Origin: a virus
Lineage: Duplodnaviria > Caudoviricetes
Virus record (IMG/VR): IMGVR_UViG_3300032335_001346
Coordinates: 1 to 38,425 of that record
Length of the DNA: 38,425 nucleotides
Strand: one strand, 5' to 3'
Of the stretch, positions 34,567-38,425 are shown piece after piece (position 1 is the stretch's first letter; the number at the start of each line of letters is the position of its first letter). Below the pieces are notes generated by a model. That model had not been told where the DNA came from. It searched no databases and saw nothing but the letters and a program-made list of their open reading frames with translations. A program made the position numbers and the translations under genes.

Positions 34567-34836
34567 ATGAACAAAGACAAATTTTTAAAAAAATTAAAAA
34601 TCGGACAAAAAGTTTTTACAGCTTATTCTAAATCTAATGAGATTATAGATCAAGAAATTAATCATTTTGAAGAAACAGAAAATCAAATATATTTTAAAAT
34701 AAATAAAGAAAAATATCGATTTAGCAAATCACTTTTTAATATTTCTAGGGATAAATTTATTCAAGCAAAATGGTTTCTAGAAGATGCTAAAAAAGATTAC
34801 AAAAATGCTAAAAACAATTTGACTAACAAAAATTAA
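34567..34836 (+). CDS. Hypothetical phage protein
   Basis: LKIGQKVF start motif; leader motif. Confidence 0.6.
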   Translation: MNKDKFLKKLKIGQKVFTAYSKSNEIIDQEINHFEETENQIYFKINKEKYRFSKSLFNISRDKFIQAKWFLEDAKKDYKNAKNNLTNKN

Positions 34837-34845
34837 AAAACTAAT

Positions 34846-35085
34846 ATGAAAGAGCAAAATAATTTTGCAAATATAAATGTTAATCTTGCAATGAATAAAG
34901 AAAATTTAACTGATTTAATTAATGATGAAACTAGAAAATTAGTAGGCTATATTATGCCTATTTTGGAAAGTCAAAATGTTAATGAAAATCAAAGATTATC
35001 TATTAAAAAAATACTTTACACTTACAAGAATAATTTATGCTCAATGTTAATTAATGAAATGTCAAATGAAAATCAAAACCAATAA
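34846..35085 (+). CDS. Hypothetical protein
   Basis: ORF track. Confidence 0.6.
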   Translation: MKEQNNFANINVNLAMNKENLTDLINDETRKLVGYIMPILESQNVNENQRLSIKKILYTYKNNLCSMLINEMSNENQNQ

Positions 35086-35099
35086 AATCAATAGTCGAA

Positions 35100-35171
35100 A
35101 TGCAATTGCATATGCAATTGAACATGCAATTATATATGCTTTTGGATATGCAAATGGATATGCTAAACATA
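35100..35171. repeat. Six 12-bp imperfect tandem repeats (consensus ATGCAATTGNAT), iteron-like
   Basis: ATGC at 35100, 35112, 35124, 35136, 35148 and 35160; the first unit ATGCAATTGCAT is a perfect palindrome. Confidence 0.85.
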
Positions 35172-35252
35172 TAAACAATAAACAATTAAACATTAAACAT
35201 AAAAACTTTAAACATATTTATTTTTTAACTTTTAATTTTTTTGGTTTTTAAT

Positions 35253-36137
35253 ATGAAAGATAAAAAAGATAAAATTTATTACTTTCAAGAAAAATCAAAT
35301 GATATTCTTGATTTACAAGATGAATTAACAACTGAAGAAATTGGAATTTACTTTATTCTAAAAGCTGGATATTTCAAATATTCTGGAGAATTAACAAAGG
35401 AAAATATCTATCAAAGATGTAAATTCTTTGGCGATAAAATAAAAATGGATTCAATGATTTCTAAGCTTTTTGATTTACAAGATGGATTACTAGTCAATAG
35501 TAATTGGCTATCAGAAATTAATTCAATTAAACAATTATCAGAAAAAAGAAAACAAATTGCAGAAAAAAGATGGAATGATGAAGGATTAAAGCAAAAAGGA
35601 AGCAAAAGCGAAGCAAAAAGGAAGCAAAAAGAACCTAAAAAACCCAGTGGGTTATTTGGAAACCCAAAAGAACCCAAAGAAACCCTTAATGATAATGTTA
35701 ATAAAGATGATAATGTTAATAAAGATGATAATGTAAATGAATATGATAATGTAAATAATAATTTTAATATTATAGAAAACCATAATATTAAAAATAAATT
35801 TGATGAATTTTGGAGTTTTTACACTCCAGTAGCTGGGAGAGATGGAAGTTTCACTCCAAAGGGTAGCAAAGCAGAAGCTTTACAGGTTTATGAAAAAGCT
35901 ATTAAAAAATTTACCCACGAAAAAATAATGGCAAATCTTGAATTTTATTTAAAACATTGTCAAAAAAATGCAAGATTTACAAAACATGCTTGTTCATGGT
36001 TAAGAGAAGCTTTAAAAGATAATTTTGAGTTTGAGGTATCTTTGGCTATAGAACCAGAAAAAACCCAACAGAAACTCACCAAAGACCAATTACAAGACAA
36101 AATAAATGAAGAGTTCTTAAAAAAATATAGTAATTAG
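35253..36137 (+). CDS. Replication initiator (lambda O-like; DUF1376/YdaU-type N-terminus)
   Basis: LT.EE.G.Y..L, A.KRW, a repeat-encoded linker, and a C-terminal FDEFW..Y....GSK..A...Y.KA...H..SWL domain. ATG start at 35253. Confidence 0.8.
   Translation: MKDKKDKIYYFQEKSNDILDLQDELTTEEIGIYFILKAGYFKYSGELTKENIYQRCKFFGDKIKMDSMISKLFDLQDGLLVNSNWLSEINSIKQLSEKRKQIAEKRWNDEGLKQKGSKSEAKRKQKEPKKPSGLFGNPKEPKETLNDNVNKDDNVNKDDNVNEYDNVNNNFNIIENHNIKNKFDEFWSFYTPVAGRDGSFTPKGSKAEALQVYEKAIKKFTHEKIMANLEFYLKHCQKNARFTKHACSWLREALKDNFEFEVSLAIEPEKTQQKLTKDQLQDKINEEFLKKYSN
35589..35760. repeat. Iteron-like arrays inside the initiator gene, probable replication origin
   Basis: AAGCAAAA x4 at 11-bp period (35589-35632); AACCC at 35641/35661/35671/35681; 18-bp ATGATAATGTWAAT... 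x4 (35689-35760). Confidence 0.72.
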
Positions 36138-36144
36138 AAAAAAT

Positions 36145-36513
36145 ATGATAAATGCAATAATTTTTATAACTGGATTTAAAAAAATTCAATTAACTTTCGA
36201 GTTCGATCCTAGCACTGAATATCAAGAAATGGTCTATGATGTACTAAAAGATCAATTAAATGATCAAATGTTTCTTGAAACATGTAGTGAGATATTGAAA
36301 ACTATATCAAAAAAAGAATGGAACGACAAATATGGTTTTAGAGGTAGACCAGCTTTGGCGGACTGGTTAAAGGCTTTTATTCCTAAAAAAAAGCCAATAA
36401 GTATTTATAAAACTTGTCCACAAACTGGGGCGAGACTTGTAGAAAGAGATGAAGCTTATCCCAAATATTATCAAGATTTTCTTGATAGTAAAAAACCTAA
36501 AAAATTAAATTAA
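36145..36513 (+). CDS. Probable helicase loader (lambda P / G39P-like)
   Basis: Follows the initiator; Y..L.D.L.D..F.....I...P..A helical pattern. Confidence 0.5.
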   Translation: MINAIIFITGFKKIQLTFEFDPSTEYQEMVYDVLKDQLNDQMFLETCSEILKTISKKEWNDKYGFRGRPALADWLKAFIPKKKPISIYKTCPQTGARLVERDEAYPKYYQDFLDSKKPKKLN

Positions 36514-36530
36514 CAATAAATAAAAATATT

Positions 36531-37178
36531 ATGTCTATAAAAATCATAAAAGAAAAATTCATTGTAAATGAATGTTTCTCAAAACAATTTCTTGATAGTG
36601 ATAAAATATGTATTTTAAGTCTTTACGACTATTTTAAAAAGTATAAAGAAATTACAGAGTATTTTGGTAAAAAAGAATGTGATGATATCATATTTGGATT
36701 ATTTCCTGATATTGATAGAAACTCTTGGAGTATTGATTATCCTTTTATACCCGAAATTACTACTTGTGATCAATTTAAATTTATAAGAATTCCATTTATT
36801 CATAATGTAATTACAGAATATTTTGAAAACATTTTGTACAAAAGTGATTGTGTACAAGTTTTGAATGAAAAGCCTGAATATTTTAAATTTGAAACAAAAA
36901 AAGAAGAGATTGCAAAAAATTTTGCAAAAATTTTAGAAAATATATCTAATCAAGAAATAATTGAAAAAAATAAAAGAATTGAAATTGAAAAATTAAAAGA
37001 TGAAGTCGAAAAATCAAAACATGATTTTTTGAAAGAAAAAAATGATTTTTTGATAATGAAAAATGAAATTTTAGATGAAATAAAAAATGATTTCATCGAA
37101 GTATTTACAGAGTTAGCACTAAAAAAAATAAAAACTCCTAAATTAGAGAAATTTATAAATAAATATAAAAATATATGA
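36531..37178 (+). CDS. Hypothetical protein with C-terminal coiled coil
   Basis: ORF track. Confidence 0.65.
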   Translation: MSIKIIKEKFIVNECFSKQFLDSDKICILSLYDYFKKYKEITEYFGKKECDDIIFGLFPDIDRNSWSIDYPFIPEITTCDQFKFIRIPFIHNVITEYFENILYKSDCVQVLNEKPEYFKFETKKEEIAKNFAKILENISNQEIIEKNKRIEIEKLKDEVEKSKHDFLKEKNDFLIMKNEILDEIKNDFIEVFTELALKKIKTPKLEKFINKYKNI

Positions 37179-37684
37179 AAGAAAAAAATATTGAAAATCA
37201 ACCTGTATTTTACAGTCAATATACTTACGATAATTTTCAAAAAGATATTGAAACAGAAATAAAAGTTTTTGTTGCACAGAATAAAAATTTGTGTGATAGA
37301 GCAGGGATTGAGGGATGGCTTGGATCATTTATATCAAAAGATCATAAAGGATTGCTTGGCTATATGAGAATGAGTTATGCAATGCAGTTAAAGATATTGA
37401 ACAATTATAGCTTTCTTGTTCCATGCTATTTTTTAAATGATAATATTTATAAATTTTTTAAATCATCCAAATTTTACGATGAAGTTAAAAAAAATGGTTG
37501 TATAAAAGGTTTTTATAAAAATGAACATTTTGAATTTTTAAAGGCTGAAGCTAAAGACTTAAAAGCAAATTATTCTTTTAGCATTGAAGATTTAATGAAT
37601 AAACTAAAAGAACAAATTGAAAAAAATAAAAAAATCGAAGAAGAATATTATTCTTTTGAAGATGTAAAAATTTTAACTAACTAA
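37175..37684 (+). CDS. Hypothetical protein
   Basis: ATGA-coupled ORF. Confidence 0.65.
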   Translation: MKEKNIENQPVFYSQYTYDNFQKDIETEIKVFVAQNKNLCDRAGIEGWLGSFISKDHKGLLGYMRMSYAMQLKILNNYSFLVPCYFLNDNIYKFFKSSKFYDEVKKNGCIKGFYKNEHFEFLKAEAKDLKANYSFSIEDLMNKLKEQIEKNKKIEEEYYSFEDVKILTN

Positions 37685-37686
37685 AC

Positions 37687-38097
37687 ATGTTGCCAATTAT
37701 TTATATTATATTAGATGAATTATCATCTTTATTTTTACAAGATGCGGCACCTGTTGTAAGAATTTTTTTGTTTTTAATTTTTATAACAATTTATGTTATT
37801 AGTCAAAAAACTCTTGAAAAGATTTATTTATTAAAAAAAAACATTAATGACATATTAGAAATTTTAGAAGTTATTAATGATCAAACATCAACACTAAATT
37901 CTAATAATCATATATTCATTAAAGAATATAATAGAAACATAGAAGAATTTAATAATTTATATGAAAAAATAAATTATAGGAATTATTTTTTTTTCAGTGA
38001 AAAGTTATTAAAACTTATTAAAAATAATAAGTTCGAATTAACTGACATTGGAAAAGCAAAATATAATAAACTTAAAGAAATACAAAAACTATGGTAG
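37687..38097 (+). CDS. Membrane-anchored hypothetical protein
   Basis: Hydrophobic N-terminal segments. Confidence 0.55.
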   Translation: MLPIIYIILDELSSLFLQDAAPVVRIFLFLIFITIYVISQKTLEKIYLLKKNINDILEILEVINDQTSTLNSNNHIFIKEYNRNIEEFNNLYEKINYRNYFFFSEKLLKLIKNNKFELTDIGKAKYNKLKEIQKLW

Positions 38098-38222
38098 AAA
38101 TAGCTTCATTAATAGCTTTATCGCTTATATTAATAGGTGGCATTAAAGGTTATTCTAAATCATTTACTGTAAAAGAATTGATTCAGGAAAAAAAAGAAAT
38201 GGAGCAAAAAAAAGATTTATAA
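38091..38222 (+). CDS. Small membrane peptide (43 aa)
   Basis: MVEIASLIALSLILIGGIKGYSKSF...; overlaps the previous stop. Confidence 0.45.
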   Translation: MVEIASLIALSLILIGGIKGYSKSFTVKELIQEKKEMEQKKDL

Positions 38223-38241
38223 AAAATTTATAAATTAATGC

Positions 38242-38270
38242 TTGACAATTAATTTAACCAGTATTATCAT
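38242..38270 (+). promoter_or_regulatory. Strong sigma70-type promoter
   Basis: TTGACA (38242-38247), 17 nt, TATCAT (38265-38270); A-rich UP-like region upstream. Confidence 0.8.
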
Positions 38271-38305
38271 TGGTTTGTTAATTTATGAATGTAGTTTATA
38301 AATTA

Positions 38306-38421
38306 AATAGGCTAACAGCAAAAATTTTGCATTGGGAGCATCAGGGGAAGGTTAGAGTCCTTCAACCGCCTTTATTGGTGGTTAAGCTCTAGGATTATCG
38401 GAGCGGATTAAAATGCCTATT
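38306..38421 (+). ncRNA. Y-RNA-like (YrlA architecture) circularly permuted tRNA mimic
   Basis: Closing stem AATAGGC/GCCTATT; T arm GAAGG-TTAGAGT-CCTTC; loop-closed 7-bp acceptor AACCGCC-TTTATT-GGTGGTT; D arm GCTC...GAGC; ATC/GAT anticodon-stem stub. Confidence 0.75.
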
Positions 38422-38425
38422 GTTA

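Noticed and set aside
1-38425. Complete circular genome, terminal repeat or integrated prophage
   Set aside because: The ends do not overlap and the first gene is truncated; no integrase, att site or host genes are visible, so completeness and lifestyle cannot be called.
1-38425. Alternative genetic code (stop-codon reassignment)
   Set aside because: Long conserved genes are intact in the standard code, and TAA, TAG and TGA all terminate ORFs at sensible coupled positions.

Overview
AT-rich, near-complete tailed-phage genome of the podovirus type (T7/BPP-1-like portal, scaffold, capsid, tail tubular proteins A/B, internal virion proteins and tail fibre). Spanins and an outer-membrane-like protein point to a low-GC Gram-negative host. 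There are three blocks. The + strand 1-6773 carries recombination genes, DUF1064 and a C5 methylase. The - strand 6782-29344 carries packaging, virion and lysis genes. The + strand 29974-38425 carries early small ORFs and lambda O/P-like replication. I found no integrase, repressor, DNA/RNA polymerase or CRISPR array. The most interesting signal is split across the two window ends. Positions 2-199 encode the C-terminus of a DUF2828-type (Ro60/TROVE-related, vWA) protein that the ORF track missed. It is followed by an enlarged tRNA-like RNA (210-340) and a ~245-nt multi-hairpin RNA with a possible kissing loop (351-597). At the other end, a TTGACA-17-TATCAT promoter precedes a circularly permuted tRNA mimic with Y-RNA (YrlA-like) architecture (38306-38421). 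If the genome is circularly permuted, these form one phage-encoded Ro-like protein / ncRNA locus. A divergent mini-paralog of the major capsid protein also sits beside the capsid gene. All family assignments come from motif recognition by eye and all RNA structures from manual pairing; no searches were run.
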